Below are positions 21,872 through 33,084 of a stretch of 64,000 nt of DNA, piece after piece. Position 1 is the first letter of the stretch, and every line of letters begins with the position of its first letter. The position numbers and the translations under genes are program-made. The notes under the pieces are model-generated. The model was not told the DNA's origin. It ran no database searches and was given only the letters and a program-made list of their open reading frames with translations. Source of the DNA: Escherichia coli (GTDB lineage Bacteria > Pseudomonadota > Gammaproteobacteria > Enterobacterales > Enterobacteriaceae); NCBI RefSeq assembly GCF_003018255.1, contig NZ_CP027440.1. The stretch is one strand, 5' to 3'.

Positions 21872-22300
21872 TTAGCTATTTAACGCGGGACGTTCGCTGA
21901 TAGCGATACGCTGCGCTGCGATGGGTTCAGGCTCATTACGAATTAAATCAATATGCAGTAAACCGTTTACGAAGGTTGCACCAGAGACTTCCATATTTTC
22001 AGCCAGCGTAAAGCTCAGGCTAAATGGCTGATTCATAAGCCCTTGATGCAGCCATTTTTTCTCTTCTTTTGGCTGCTCCGGCGTGCCTTTTACGCTCAGG
22101 CGCGTACCTTCCAGTTGAATCTCTAAATCTTCCTGACGAAAACCTGCCAGCGCAAGGGTAATGCGGTAGTGGTTATCGTCGCTTTTCTCAATGTTGTACG
22201 GCGGGAAGCTCTGGCTTTCACCGGCGTTTTGCAGTGCGTTGGCCAGTTTGTCAAAACCGATCCATTGACGCATCAGTGGGGATAAATCGAAGTTACGCAT
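21872..22300 (-). CDS. ibpB: Small heat shock protein IbpB, 142 aa
   Basis: ORF 21872..22396; start at internal ATG ([16 protein letters not shown]...); alpha-crystallin domain. Confidence 0.9.
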
Positions 22301-22411
22301 AGTCATTTCTCCTTCTAAGAAGCGAGTAAGTACCTGCAAATCCGAAGATTCGCATATGCTCCCTGACGGCGAGCATGGAGATGTCAGGCCGCGCAAGGCG
22401 GCCTTAGGGAA

Positions 22412-22825
22412 TTAGTTGATTTCGATACGGCGCGGTTTTTTCGCTTCCGGAATCACGCGTTCGAGATCGATATACAGCAAACCATTTACCAGGTTAGCAC
22501 CACGAACATGAATGTTCTCAGCTAACTGGAATTTGCGTTCAAAGTTGCGTTCAGCGATGCCCTGGTACAGATAGGTGCGCTCTTTTTGTTCGTCGGCGTG
22601 AGCACCTTTCACCACCAGCAGATTATCCTGGGCGGTAATTTCCAGTTCGCTCTCAGCAAAACCAGCCACAGCGATAGCAATGCGGTAATGGTTTTCGTCT
22701 ACCAGTTCAACGTTATACGGAGGGTAGCCGCCATTACTCTGGCTCTGGTTGTTTTCTAAGTGGTTAAACAAACGGTCAAATCCAATAGCAGAACGGTAAA
22801 GCGGGGATAAATCAAAGTTACGCAT
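22412..22825 (-). CDS. ibpA: Small heat shock protein IbpA, 137 aa
   Basis: ORF 22412..22831; start at [16 protein letters not shown]... Confidence 0.95.
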
Positions 22826-22917
22826 AATCAATAGCTCCTGAAATCAGCGAGAATCTAAGACCTTCCACAATGGACAGGTCAGGTAGCCAGAACCCCCATC
22901 AGGCGCGTCCTCATCGG
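22826..22917 (-). promoter_or_regulatory. ibpA 5' UTR (ROSE-like RNA thermometer region)
   Basis: About 90-nt leader between the sigma32 promoter and the ibpA start, containing the SD AGGAG; thermometer function is from established knowledge of ibpA. Confidence 0.5.
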
Positions 22918-22921
22918 CTAC

Positions 22922-22956
22922 GATGTAAAAATGGGTCTGGAAATGAACTTTTCAAG
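22922..22956 (-). promoter_or_regulatory. sigma32 heat-shock promoter of ibpAB (CTTGAAA-N13-CCCATTTTT)
   Basis: Minus strand reads GGCTTGAAAAGTTCATTTCCAGACCCATTTTTAC; matches the sigma32 consensus TTGAAA / CCCCATNT. Confidence 0.8.
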
Positions 22957-23130
22957 CCTTATCAGCGGACTTTTTTTTGCAGTTTATGGTCTATTGCATA
23001 GACTGAGGGGGCAGCACGAAACGTTAAAGTGCGATAGCCGCCACAGTGCGACGTTATGATGATGTTATTTTCAGCAAGGGATCGCTATAACTCATCAGGC
23101 CAACACCCACGATCAACAGATGAATTTATT

Positions 23131-23463
23131 ATGATAAGAAATGTGTTGTTAGCGTTCATGATATGCAGCGGAATGACATTACTCGGAGGATGCTCCAGCG
23201 TGATGTCCCATACCGGAGGGAAAGAAGGAACATATCCCGGCACCCGCGCCAGCGCCACCATGATTGGCGACGATGAAACCAACTGGGGTACTAAGTCGTT
23301 GGCGATTCTCGATATGCCGTTTACCGCTGTGATGGACACGCTTTTACTGCCGTGGGATGTGTTCCGCAAAGACAGCTCGGTGCGCTCGCGCGTTGAAAAA
23401 AGCGAAGCCAACGCGCAAGCCACCAATGCGGTTATTCCACCCGCCAGAATGCCTGATAACTGA
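23131..23463 (+). CDS. yidQ: Lipoprotein YidQ, 110 aa
   Basis: ORF 23056..23463; start at MIRNVLLAFMICSGMTLLGGCSS (lipobox). Confidence 0.8.
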   Translation: MIRNVLLAFMICSGMTLLGGCSSVMSHTGGKEGTYPGTRASATMIGDDETNWGTKSLAILDMPFTAVMDTLLLPWDVFRKDSSVRSRVEKSEANAQATNAVIPPARMPDN

Positions 23464-23464
23464 T

Positions 23465-24715
23465 TTAGCGATCAGTTTCGGTGATCCACAGCTGGCCACC
23501 TTCCATCCACGCCAGCCATCGACCATCCGGCGAGAAGACCACGGCGTCCGCAGAAGGTGGATTGGCGTGGTTTTCGGTTAAATACTCAACCTCGCCGCTT
23601 TGCGCATGGGCGCAAGCAATTCGATTATCCAGCACAAAGCCCAACCATTCTCCTGATGGATGCCAGTTAAATGCAGACTGAATATCCGTTTTGTTATGGG
23701 TTAACTGGCGCGGCTCGCCGCCCTGTGGCGAGATAAGCCACAGTTGCACAATGCCGTTATCATCACGCATTAAAAACGCGATTTGCGTACCCTGCGGATT
23801 ACAGCGCACCCAGTGGCGCGGGACGTTGACTAATCCCGGATAAGCCCGATGGTGGGTAAAGGTTAAACGTCGCTGCACGACGCCACGCGGTGGCGCAGGC
23901 AGGGTTGTTTCCGTTCCGCTTAACGGCGCATCACCTGCCACTTTCCAGCCAGCTTCATCTTGCGGCAACTCGACAATAAACAGCTCCGGCACTTTCGCGC
24001 CCTTTGCCGAAAGTGTGTCGCCAATAAACGCCAGCGCGTGATTTCCTACCCATCCTTCTTCATAAGCACGATTGATTTCATTACTGCCAGGCTGCGGCGT
24101 GGGCGTTGTTTTACTCACCAGTACGCACCAGTGGCTACCGCTGTATTCACGCGGATGCTGCTTTTGTACGTTGACCGGGCCAAACGGTACCGCAACACCG
24201 ACATTTCGCAAATCCAGCGCCGGGCAGAGTTCATGCATTACATGGTCGTTATAGGTAAAGCTCACCCTTTCACCGTTCGGGCTAAAGACATGTACATGAC
24301 TGCCGCCACGCAGTGCTCCTGGGGTGTACGGCGCGGTAATATCCATTGCATCGAGATTGCTCACCTTGCCGCCTTCAACAATCACTCCGCGTCGATGATG
24401 GAAGTCGTAATGCCATGTTTCATCAGGATTTTCCGGGCCGTGGATGAAAACATATTTCTCTGACTTCGGATGAACGGTCACCACGCCGACGTACGCGCCC
24501 TGTGACGCGCGATAGATAACCTCGACCTCGCCGGTATGGATATTCACACGCTCAATGGTCTCGCCGGTAAACGACGCCCCTGAAGGACGCACGTCAAATA
24601 CCAACCACTGACTGTCGGGCGTCCAGGTATTGGTATTGGTGAGCAGGTGATTACGGAGAGCAAAGGTTATCTGTTTCATGGCGCGGTCCTGATACAAAAC
24701 GGGTCCCGCCATCAT
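23465..24715 (-). CDS. yidR: Uncharacterised protein YidR (DUF3748); start codon uncertain
   Basis: ORF 23465..24715, 416 aa. Confidence 0.8.
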   Translation of the reverse strand: MMAGPVLYQDRAMKQITFALRNHLLTNTNTWTPDSQWLVFDVRPSGASFTGETIERVNIHTGEVEVIYRASQGAYVGVVTVHPKSEKYVFIHGPENPDETWHYDFHHRRGVIVEGGKVSNLDAMDITAPYTPGALRGGSHVHVFSPNGERVSFTYNDHVMHELCPALDLRNVGVAVPFGPVNVQKQHPREYSGSHWCVLVSKTTPTPQPGSNEINRAYEEGWVGNHALAFIGDTLSAKGAKVPELFIVELPQDEAGWKVAGDAPLSGTETTLPAPPRGVVQRRLTFTHHRAYPGLVNVPRHWVRCNPQGTQIAFLMRDDNGIVQLWLISPQGGEPRQLTHNKTDIQSAFNWHPSGEWLGFVLDNRIACAHAQSGEVEYLTENHANPPSADAVVFSPDGRWLAWMEGGQLWITETDR

Positions 24716-24779
24716 ACTTCACAAGGACTTCACTTTCAGACAATAGTCTTTTGCCATCGTGATGAATGTGAGTGAAAAG

Positions 24780-25844
24780 ATGGAACATTTCGACGTGGCG
24801 ATTATTGGCCTCGGCCCGGCAGGTTCGGCGTTGGCGCGAAAGTTAGCAGGCAAAATGCAGGTGATCGCGCTGGATAAAAAGCACCAGTGTGGTACTGAAG
24901 GTTTCAGCAAACCCTGCGGCGGTCTGCTGGCACCGGACGCGCAGCGATCTTTTATTCGCGATGGACTGACGCTTCCTGTCGATGTGATCGCCAACCCGCA
25001 GATTTTCAGCGTCAAAACCGTCGACGTCGCCGCATCGCTCACGCGTAACTACCAGCGAAGCTATATCAATATTAATCGCCATGCTTTCGACTTGTGGATG
25101 AAATCTTTGATCCCCGCCAGCGTTGAGGTTTACCACGATAGTCTGTGTCGAAAAATCTGGCGTGAGGATAATAAATGGCATGTCATTTTTCGTGCAGACG
25201 GTTGGGAGCAGCATATTACCGCCCGCTATCTGGTCGGTGCCGATGGTGCCAACTCGATGGTGCGGCGACATCTCTACCCGGATCATCAGATTCGTAAATA
25301 TGTCGCCATCCAGCAGTGGTTCGCAGAGAAACATCCGGTACCGTTCTACTCCTGCATCTTTGATAATGCGATAACTGACTGTTACTCATGGAGTATCAGC
25401 AAAGACGGTTATTTTATCTTTGGCGGTGCCTATCCCATGAAAGACGGTCAGACGCGTTTCACGACGCTGAAAGAGAAAATGAACGCCTTTCAGTTCCAGT
25501 TTGGTAAAGCGGTGAAAAGCGAGAAATGTACCGTGCTGTTTCCCTCACGCTGGCAGGATTTTGTCTGCGGTAAGAACAACGCCTTTCTGATTGGTGAAGC
25601 GGCGGGATTTATCAGCGCCAGTTCGCTGGAGGGGATTAGCTATGCGCTGGATAGCGCAGAGATTCTGCGTTCGGTGTTACTGAAGCAGCCGGAGAAGAGC
25701 AACGCCGCCTACTGGCGCGCCACCCGCAAACTGCGTTTAAAACTCTTCGGCAAAATAGTAAAAAGCCGATGCCTGACCGCACCGGCTTTAAGAAAGTGGA
25801 TTATGCGCAGTGGTGTGGCGCATATTCCACAGTTGAAAGATTAG
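24780..25844 (+). CDS. cbrA: FAD-binding oxidoreductase CbrA (colicin E2 tolerance), 354 aa
   Basis: ORF 24759..25844 (track start GTG); ATG at 24780 gives [19 protein letters not shown] (Rossmann GxGxxG). Confidence 0.85.
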   Translation: MEHFDVAIIGLGPAGSALARKLAGKMQVIALDKKHQCGTEGFSKPCGGLLAPDAQRSFIRDGLTLPVDVIANPQIFSVKTVDVAASLTRNYQRSYININRHAFDLWMKSLIPASVEVYHDSLCRKIWREDNKWHVIFRADGWEQHITARYLVGADGANSMVRRHLYPDHQIRKYVAIQQWFAEKHPVPFYSCIFDNAITDCYSWSISKDGYFIFGGAYPMKDGQTRFTTLKEKMNAFQFQFGKAVKSEKCTVLFPSRWQDFVCGKNNAFLIGEAAGFISASSLEGISYALDSAEILRSVLLKQPEKSNAAYWRATRKLRLKLFGKIVKSRCLTAPALRKWIMRSGVAHIPQLKD

Positions 25845-27133
25845 CCAACGCGCTTCACATCGCCCACCAGCAGGATGTAAGAGAGCGCGCCAATCAACGC
25901 GACGGCGGAGATATAAACCAGTGCAGGTGCGAAACCGTAACCCTGCGCCAGGTACCCCACCACCAGCGGAACGGTGATGCCGCCCAGACCACCGGCAAAG
26001 TTAAACACGCCGCCGGTTAAACCAATCAGGCGCATCGGTGCCAGAGAAGAGACCAACGACCAGGTAATCGAAGCAAAACCGTTGCCGAAGAATGCCAGCG
26101 CCATCAGGCACATAATCATCATCGGATCGTTGGTGTAGTTCGCACCCATAATGCAGGTGGAGATCAGCAAGCCGCAGATAATCGGCGTTTTACGCGCAAA
26201 GCCCAGTGAAAAGCCCTTACGTACCAGCAGATCCGCGACCCAGCCTGAGAGCAGGACGCCAATAAACGCCGCAAGGAACGGCACTGTGGTCATAAAGCCC
26301 GCTTTCAGCGCCGTGATTCCTTTTTCCTGAGTTAAATAGTTCGGGAACCAGGTTAAGAAGAACCACAGTGTAGAAGCCACCGCAAATTGCCCAAGATAGA
26401 CACCGATCAGTTTACGATGGAACACCAGTTTCCAGTCTTTGGCTGTTAACGGCTGACGCGCCTCTTTCTTCACCGGCGCATCGCCATCCACCAGACCACC
26501 GCCATCACGAATGTAATCCAGTTCAGCTTTGCTGATGCCTTTGGTCAGACGCGGCGGCTGATAAACCTTAAACCAAATCAGCGACCAGATAATGCCGATA
26601 CCACCGGTGACAATGAACACCCAGTGCCAGCTCAACATCTCCTGAATCCAGATCAGCAGCGGAGTCAGAAACGCCAGACCGACAAACTGACCAGACGTAT
26701 AAAAACCAACGGCAGAAGCACGTTCATGTTCCGGGAACCAACTGGTTACCATCCGGTTATTGGTCGGGAACGCGGGCGCTTCGAAAATACCGGTTATCGC
26801 GCGCAGACCAATTAATGACATTAAGCCCGTGGCAAAGCCCTGGAATAACGTCGCCACTGACCAGCCAAATATCGCAATAAAATAAGTCACGCGTGAACCT
26901 ACGCGATCTAAAAACCAACCACCGGGGATCTGACATAGCGTATAAAGCCAGGCGAAGGCTGAAAATACATAGCCCATTTGCGCTTTAGTAATACCAAACT
27001 CTTCCTGAATATGGGCAGAAGCCACGGCCAGGTTAGCGCGGTCAACATAACAAATGACCACCGTAATAAAGATCATCACCAGCGTCAGATAACGCCGACG
27101 CCCCGGCTTTGCTGCATTAACGGGAATATCCAT
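25841..27133 (-). CDS. dgoT: D-galactonate:H+ symporter DgoT, 430 aa
   Basis: ORF 25841..27178; start at [16 protein letters not shown]...; MFS transporter. Confidence 0.9.
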   Translation of the reverse strand: MDIPVNAAKPGRRRYLTLVMIFITVVICYVDRANLAVASAHIQEEFGITKAQMGYVFSAFAWLYTLCQIPGGWFLDRVGSRVTYFIAIFGWSVATLFQGFATGLMSLIGLRAITGIFEAPAFPTNNRMVTSWFPEHERASAVGFYTSGQFVGLAFLTPLLIWIQEMLSWHWVFIVTGGIGIIWSLIWFKVYQPPRLTKGISKAELDYIRDGGGLVDGDAPVKKEARQPLTAKDWKLVFHRKLIGVYLGQFAVASTLWFFLTWFPNYLTQEKGITALKAGFMTTVPFLAAFIGVLLSGWVADLLVRKGFSLGFARKTPIICGLLISTCIMGANYTNDPMMIMCLMALAFFGNGFASITWSLVSSLAPMRLIGLTGGVFNFAGGLGGITVPLVVGYLAQGYGFAPALVYISAVALIGALSYILLVGDVKRVG

Positions 27134-27252
27134 AGCGAGCTTTCTCCAGATTTTGGGCATAGCGAAGCCGCTCACCATGCCCTGTAATTTACAGAGGGTT
27201 ATATTTTTGTATTACTGTTTTAGTGCCCGATGAGGGGCTTACGTGGCAGGAA

Positions 27253-28401
27253 TTACCACTCTGCTACGCTGTTATCTTCATGACGCCAGAGCGGATTACG
27301 CCAGTCCGGGGCATTTTTACTGAACTCAATAACTTTAGCTTCGTCGATTTCCACACCTAAGCCCGGTTTCGTTAATGGTTTAAAGAAACCGCCGACCATG
27401 CTGAAGTCTTCTTTGTTTTTCACAAAGTCGAGTAACTCCGCGCCTTTGTTGTAATGAATGCCCATACTTTGTTCCTGAAGTACGGCGTTATAGGAAACAA
27501 AGTCGATATGCAGGCAAGCCGCCAGTGCAATCGGTCCGAGCGGACAGTGCGGCGCAAGGGTCACGTCATAGGCTTCTGCCATTCCGGCAATTTTGTAGCA
27601 TTCGGTAATACCGCCCGCGTGGGAGAGATCTGGTTGCAGAATCGAAATACCACCCGCCTCCAGCACACGTTTAAAATCGAAACGTGAGAACATGCGTTCA
27701 CCCGCCGCCAGTGGAATATGCGTTTGTGCCGCCAGTTTCGGGTAGTATTCGGCTTGTTCCGCCAGCACCGGTTCTTCAATAAACAGTGGGCGATACGGCT
27801 CCAGTTCTTTAATCAGCACTTTCGCCATCGGCGCGCTGACGCGACCGTGGAAATCAAGACCAAACTCAATCTGATTGCCAAAAGCTTCACGAATTTGTGC
27901 CACGGTGTTGACCGCCGCATCTACCGCGCGGGAGTTATCAATTAGCCCCAGTTCTTCACAACCATTCAGTTTGAAGGTATCGAAGCCGATTTCGCGCAGG
28001 GTTTTTATGCCGTCGATAACATCCGCCGGACGATCGCCGCCGACCCAACTGTAGGCTTTAATTTTGTCGCGAACCAGGCCGCCCATCAGTTGCCAGACCG
28101 GCGCATTCAGCACTTTGCCTTTGATATCCCATAACGCCTGGTCGATCCCGGCGATGGCGCTCATCAGGATTGGACCGCCACGATAAAATCCGGCGCGATA
28201 CATCACTTGCCATAAGTCATTGATGCGCGATGGATCCTGACCAATCAAATAGTCACCCAGCTCGTGAACTGCCGCTTCCACCGTGCGGGCGCGGCCTTCA
28301 ATCACTGGCTCGCCCCAGCCGACCACGCCTTCATCGGTTTCAATTTTCAGGAACATCCAGCGGGGAGGTAAACGATACGTGGTAATTTTGGTGATTTTCA
28401 T
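27253..28401 (-). CDS. dgoD: D-galactonate dehydratase, 382 aa
   Basis: ORF 27253..28401; enolase-superfamily sequence. Confidence 0.95.
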
Positions 28402-29015
28402 TGCACTGCCTCTCGATACGCCTTAACAAATGCTGCTGCCTGCTGCGCGGTGCGTTCTACGGACTGCCCGGCGCGATAGAGATCGCTGCCTAAGCCCGCC
28501 CCTGCACAACCTGCGTCTATCCACTGCGCCAGGTTTTCTGGCGTCACGCCGCCAACGGCAAAGACTGCGATGTCCGGTGGTAATACCGCTTTTAACGCTT
28601 TGATGTATTGCGGACCAAAAGCCGATGACGGAAATATTTTCAGCGCCTGAGCGCCCGCGTCGAGCGCGGTAAAGGCTTCGGTCGCCGTCGCACAGCCGGG
28701 GCAGACGGTCATGCCGTAGCCCACCGCACGGCGGATCACTTCACTATGGATATTGGGCGTAACGATGAGCTGACAGCCCATTCTGGCGAGCGCATCGACC
28801 TGTTCAGGTTTGAGTACCGTACCTGCGCCAATCAACGCCTTGTCGCCATACGCATCAACGATGGCGGGAATGCTCTGCTCCCATTGTGGAGAATTCAGCG
28901 GGATTTCAACCGCGTCGAACCCGGCGTCAATCACCGCGCCAACATGTGCCAGTGCCTCGTCGGGCGTAATGCCGCGCAAAATGGCGATCAGCGGGAGTTT
29001 AGTTTGCCACTGCAT
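28398..29015 (-). CDS. dgoA: 2-dehydro-3-deoxy-6-phosphogalactonate aldolase, 205 aa
   Basis: ORF 28398..29015; 4-nt overlap with dgoD. Confidence 0.9.
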
Positions 29016-29877
29016 GAGCGATGCTCCTTATACCAGCCTGAAATGCCGTGTCGCCTGCCACCGCCGTCACGTCGCAACCCATCGCCTGAAAGGCTTGCTG
29101 GTAGCGCACGGTCAGCGATGTTCCGGCGACAAGGGTGATGACTTGTTGATGGGTCACATAGTCGCGCATACTGGCGACCTCTGCGCCAATCAACAAACCA
29201 GAGAGAAATTCGCTGACCTGTTCGCGGGGAAGTGTTCCCAGCACATGCGAGGCGCGAACTTCAAAAAGCTGCGGCAATATGTCGGGAGCATTAAGGCCAC
29301 GCTCAAGACCAGCCGCGAAAGCATCGGCAGAGTTTTCCTGCGGCGGCAAACCTGCGCCAATCAATGAGTGATTTAACAGTAAATGATGTAATTCACCGGT
29401 CATCACGGTGCGAAAATCGTTAATTTGCTGGCTATCGGCCTGCACCCATTTGCAATGCGTACCGGGCATGACATAAAGAGAGGAAGGAGCGAGAGTGCGC
29501 GCGCCGATCAATTGTGTTTCTTCGCCGCGCATCACATTGTGGTTATCGTCATGAGAGACGCATAATCCGGGAATAATCCAGATATTGTCGCCAGCAGATG
29601 TTAATTGTTCGCCAATAGACGAAAAACGTGCAGGAACGGATAAATACGGCGCGACTTTCCAGCCGACATTGCTGCCGACCATTCCTGCCATTACCACTGG
29701 CGTATTCTCTTCACGCCAGTCGGTCGTCACTTCTGCTAACACCGCAGCCGGAGATTTTCCGTTCAGGCGCGTGACGCCTGCTTCTGATTGCCTGCTCTCC
29801 AGGCAGTGGTCGCCCTGATAAAGCCAGGCGCGCAGATTGGTCGATCCCCAGTCAATTGCGATGTAGCGAGCTGTCAT
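28999..29877 (-). CDS. dgoK: 2-dehydro-3-deoxygalactonokinase, 292 aa
   Basis: ORF 28999..29877. Confidence 0.9.
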   Translation of the reverse strand: MTARYIAIDWGSTNLRAWLYQGDHCLESRQSEAGVTRLNGKSPAAVLAEVTTDWREENTPVVMAGMVGSNVGWKVAPYLSVPARFSSIGEQLTSAGDNIWIIPGLCVSHDDNHNVMRGEETQLIGARTLAPSSLYVMPGTHCKWVQADSQQINDFRTVMTGELHHLLLNHSLIGAGLPPQENSADAFAAGLERGLNAPDILPQLFEVRASHVLGTLPREQVSEFLSGLLIGAEVASMRDYVTHQQVITLVAGTSLTVRYQQAFQAMGCDVTAVAGDTAFQAGIRSIAHAVAN

Positions 29878-30563
29878 GTGATTTCCTTTAACCTTCGTGT
29901 CGAGCTGGCAATCATGGTAAGCGCCGCCTGCTCTGCCGCATCGCCGTCCTGATGCCGTATAGCATCGAACAGCGCCTTATGTTCCTGGAGCGTTTGCGGC
30001 ATGTTGGCCTCATCGCCCATCCAGGTTCGTTCAAAAACCGCCCGCTGCAGCGAACTGATCGCAATGCTAAGTTGCTGTAACACCGGGTTATGCACCGACT
30101 GCAGCACCGCCTCGTGGTAGCGAATATCCGCTTCGTTAAACGCTTCGCGGTCCTGATTGTTGGCAATCATCTCGTTCAGCGCCGATTCAATCTGCGCCAG
30201 ATCGCTGGAAGTCGCGCGCTCTGCTGCCCAACGGGCAATCGCCGGTTCCACCAGATTTCGCACTTCGCTCATGGCACTGATAAGCCGTGGGTCGTAGTCG
30301 TTTTCCAGCACCCATTGCAGTACGTCAGTGTCGAGGTAATTCCACTGGTTACGCGGTGCCACAAACGCGCCGCGATAACGTTTCATTTCAATCAGCCGCT
30401 TCGCCATCAGCGAACGGAACACCTCACGGATGATGTTGCGCGAGGTTGCAAACTCCTCACAGAGTTCCGCCTCAGCCGGAAGCGGCGAGCCTGGCACGTA
30501 TTTACCGTGAACGATCTGTTTACCCAGCGTAATGACTATGCGATCGGTTTTATTGAGAGTCAT
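29874..30563 (-). CDS. dgoR: GntR/FadR-family repressor DgoR, 229 aa
   Basis: ORF 29874..30563; N-terminal winged HTH. Confidence 0.9.
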   Translation of the reverse strand: MTLNKTDRIVITLGKQIVHGKYVPGSPLPAEAELCEEFATSRNIIREVFRSLMAKRLIEMKRYRGAFVAPRNQWNYLDTDVLQWVLENDYDPRLISAMSEVRNLVEPAIARWAAERATSSDLAQIESALNEMIANNQDREAFNEADIRYHEAVLQSVHNPVLQQLSIAISSLQRAVFERTWMGDEANMPQTLQEHKALFDAIRHQDGDAAEQAALTMIASSTRRLKEIT

Positions 30564-30673
30564 GGAGAGTCCTTGTGCTCTGTATGTTCTTCTCTACTTT
30601 ACCCCGATCGATGCATAACGCGGCAACTTTGTAGTGCCAGCGTGATGACGTTCGCGTTTGCCGCGTGCGTAAT

Positions 30674-30702
30674 GTAGTACAAAATTATATTGTTGTACTA
30701 CA
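30674..30702. promoter_or_regulatory. Candidate DgoR operator: inverted repeats TGTAGTACAA / TTGTACTACA upstream of dgoR
   Basis: Two 10-bp repeats 9 bp apart read from sequence, plus a related half-site TTGTAGTGCCA about 35 bp upstream. Confidence 0.6.
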
Positions 30703-30840
30703 ATTTAGATCACAAAAAGAACAATGCATAAAAAAATGACATGCGTCGGGCAGAAATCTGAAAAGGGATATCAGGCGCTAAACAGGAGGAAAAGAAGAGT
30801 ATGCTTTCAACGGCTTAGCTACTCGTTTAAAGGATTAATC

Positions 30841-31497
30841 ATGAAGTTGAATCTTAAGGGATTTTTTAAGGCTGCCGGTTTGTGTTCTTTGGCATTTGCG
30901 TTGACCGGATGTATCACCTGGGGATTGGTTTCCAATACTGCAGGCCGTCCACATGCCGAGCAATGGCGGTCAGACACGATTAAGGGTTTATCGCTGGCTG
31001 AAGACAGTAACGGTACGAAAGGCTATGTTTTTGTTGGTGAATCGTTGGACTATCTGTTGACCACCGGCGGCGGTGAGGTGGTTAAAATGCTGAACGATCC
31101 GGCAATTCATGGTGAAAGAATCACCGTTTCTGATAACGCGAAATTTATTTTAAGCAGCAGTAATAAGAAATTCTCTGGTGCTATTACGCTCTATTACGAC
31201 TGGAACAACGAAGAAGATAAGGCACTGGCAACACAATATGGTTTTATTTGTGATACCCGCCGTTGTACATGGATGCTGGACGGCCTGAAAGGCTCTATCC
31301 ACCAGAAAAATAAAAAAGCGGATTACTCAAACGTGATGGTTTTCCATCAACCCTTTACGGTGGGATTTTATGAGTACAAAGCATCAGATGGCGTTCCGCG
31401 CGGCCTCGTTAATGCGCTGCTGCCAGTCACTCTTACGCTGGATATAGTAACGTCACCACTCCAGTTCCTGATTTTATGCACGACCAGAAATTGTTAA
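30841..31497 (+). CDS. yidX: Lipoprotein YidX, 218 aa
   Basis: ORF 30724..31497; start at [24 protein letters not shown] (lipobox) after an AGGA Shine-Dalgarno. Confidence 0.8.
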   Translation: MKLNLKGFFKAAGLCSLAFALTGCITWGLVSNTAGRPHAEQWRSDTIKGLSLAEDSNGTKGYVFVGESLDYLLTTGGGEVVKMLNDPAIHGERITVSDNAKFILSSSNKKFSGAITLYYDWNNEEDKALATQYGFICDTRRCTWMLDGLKGSIHQKNKKADYSNVMVFHQPFTVGFYEYKASDGVPRGLVNALLPVTLTLDIVTSPLQFLILCTTRNC

Positions 31498-31540
31498 TCG
31501 CTGCGGGCAAACGCATTCATGCCGTTTGCCCGTTCACTGA

Positions 31541-32353
31541 TTAATTCAGCACATACTTCTCAATAGCAAATGCCACGCCATCTTCAAGGTTAGATTTGGT
31601 GACAAAGTTCGCCACTTCTTTCACCGAAGGAATAGCGTTATCCATCGCCACACCGACGCCTGCATATTCAATCATTGCGATGTCGTTTTCCTGATCGCCA
31701 ATCGCCATGATTTCTTCCGGTTTAATACCTAACACGTCGGCCAGTGATTTCACACCCGTACCCTTGTTAACGCGTTTATCGAGGATTTCGAGGAAGTACG
31801 GCGCACTTTTCAGCACGGTGTATTTTTCTTTCACTTCCTGCGGAATACGCGCGATGGCCTGGTCGAGGATGGCAGGTTCATCAATCATCATCACTTTCAG
31901 GAACTGGGTATTGGGGTCCATTTTCTCCGCTTCGCAGAACACCAGCGGAATGGTGGCAACGAAAGATTCATGCACCGTGTAGTAGCTGATATCTCGGTTG
32001 GCGGTGTACAGCGTGGTGCGGTCCAGGGCGTGGAAATGAGAACCGACTTCGCGGGAGAGTTTTTCCAGGAAACGGTAGTCGTCATAGCTGAGAGCGGTTT
32101 GCGCCACAGTGCTACCATCGGCGGCCTTCTGTACCAGCGCGCCGTTATAAGTAATGCAGTAGTCGCCCGGCTGTTCCATGTGCAGCTCTTTCAGGTAATT
32201 ATGAACACCTGCATAAGGGCGGCCCGTCGTCAGCACGACATTTACGCCACGGGCGCGAGCTGCGGCAATCGCATTTTTAACGGCGGGTGAAATGGTGTGA
32301 TCGGGCAGCAGAAGGGTGCCATCCATATCGATAGCAATAAGTTTGATAGCCAT
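31541..32353 (-). CDS. yidA: Sugar phosphatase YidA (HAD superfamily, Cof-type), 270 aa
   Basis: ORF 31541..32353; begins MAIKLIAIDMDGTLL (HAD motif I). Confidence 0.95.
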   Translation of the reverse strand: MAIKLIAIDMDGTLLLPDHTISPAVKNAIAAARARGVNVVLTTGRPYAGVHNYLKELHMEQPGDYCITYNGALVQKAADGSTVAQTALSYDDYRFLEKLSREVGSHFHALDRTTLYTANRDISYYTVHESFVATIPLVFCEAEKMDPNTQFLKVMMIDEPAILDQAIARIPQEVKEKYTVLKSAPYFLEILDKRVNKGTGVKSLADVLGIKPEEIMAIGDQENDIAMIEYAGVGVAMDNAIPSVKEVANFVTKSNLEDGVAFAIEKYVLN

Positions 32354-32467
32354 GAGTTCCCCAGGTAGATTGGTTCCTGACCCATGCTAACGCGATTCCG
32401 CTCAAAAATCAGTACAACACCCTGGGGAAAAGGGGGATGCAACGCGCGTTGCGTGCTCCCCATTTGC

Positions 32468-32866
32468 TTAGCGGAAGAGTTTCCCTTTCAGCAGTTCCAT
32501 GCCTGCGGAAAGCAGATCGTTATTGGCTTGTGGTGACACTTCACCTTGCGGTGAGAGTGCATCAATAATCTTCGGCAATTGTTCTGCCAGTAAACTGGAA
32601 GCCGTACTGGTATCCACGCCCAGTTTTTGCCCGAGATCGGACACCGCATTTGTGCCGAGCGCCGATTCCAGTTGCTCGCCGCTAACCGATTGATTGCCCT
32701 GTTGATTACTCAGCCAGGTTGAGAGAATGGCCCCTAAGCCGCCACTTTGCAGTTTTTCCAGCAGCACCTGAATACCGCCCTGCTCCTCAACCCAGCTCAA
32801 AATGGCCTGATATTTCCCCGCATCGCCTTTCAGAAAGGCACCGACAACTTCATCAAAAAGCCCCAT
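32468..32866 (-). CDS. yidB: DUF937 protein YidB, 132 aa
   Basis: ORF 32468..32875; start at MGLFDEVVGAFLKG... Confidence 0.85.
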   Translation of the reverse strand: MGLFDEVVGAFLKGDAGKYQAILSWVEEQGGIQVLLEKLQSGGLGAILSTWLSNQQGNQSVSGEQLESALGTNAVSDLGQKLGVDTSTASSLLAEQLPKIIDALSPQGEVSPQANNDLLSAGMELLKGKLFR

Positions 32867-32948
32867 GATAATCACCTGTAAAGCGTTACGTGTTGACCCA
32901 AAAAGTATAGATCTGCGGGATGATAATTGCGGATTGCAGAAATAAAAA

Positions 32949-32976
32949 GGGCGAAGATGATCTCCGCCCTTTTCTT
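32949..32976. terminator. Bidirectional intrinsic terminator hairpin (GGGCGAAGAT/ATCTCCGCCC) with A/T runs on both sides
   Basis: Read directly from sequence downstream of gyrB. Confidence 0.6.
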
Positions 32977-32986
32977 ATAGCTTCTT

Positions 32987-33084
32987 GCCGGATGCGGCGT
33001 TAACGTCTGATCCGGCCTACAAAATCATGCAAATTCAATATATTGCAGGAGTCTCGTAGGCCTGATAAGCGTAGCGCATCAGGC
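32987..33084. repeat. Pair of REP (repetitive extragenic palindrome) elements in opposite orientation (BIME-like)
   Basis: GCCGGATGCGGCGTTAACGTCTGATCCGGCCTAC and the inverted copy GTAGGCCTGATAAGCGTAGCGCATCAGGC. Confidence 0.8.

Noticed and set aside
22301-22411. Possible sigma54 promoter for ibpB in the ibpA-ibpB spacer
   Set aside because: I could not find a convincing TGGCAC-N5-TTGCA match; only a GC hairpin is clearly visible, so no promoter is reported.
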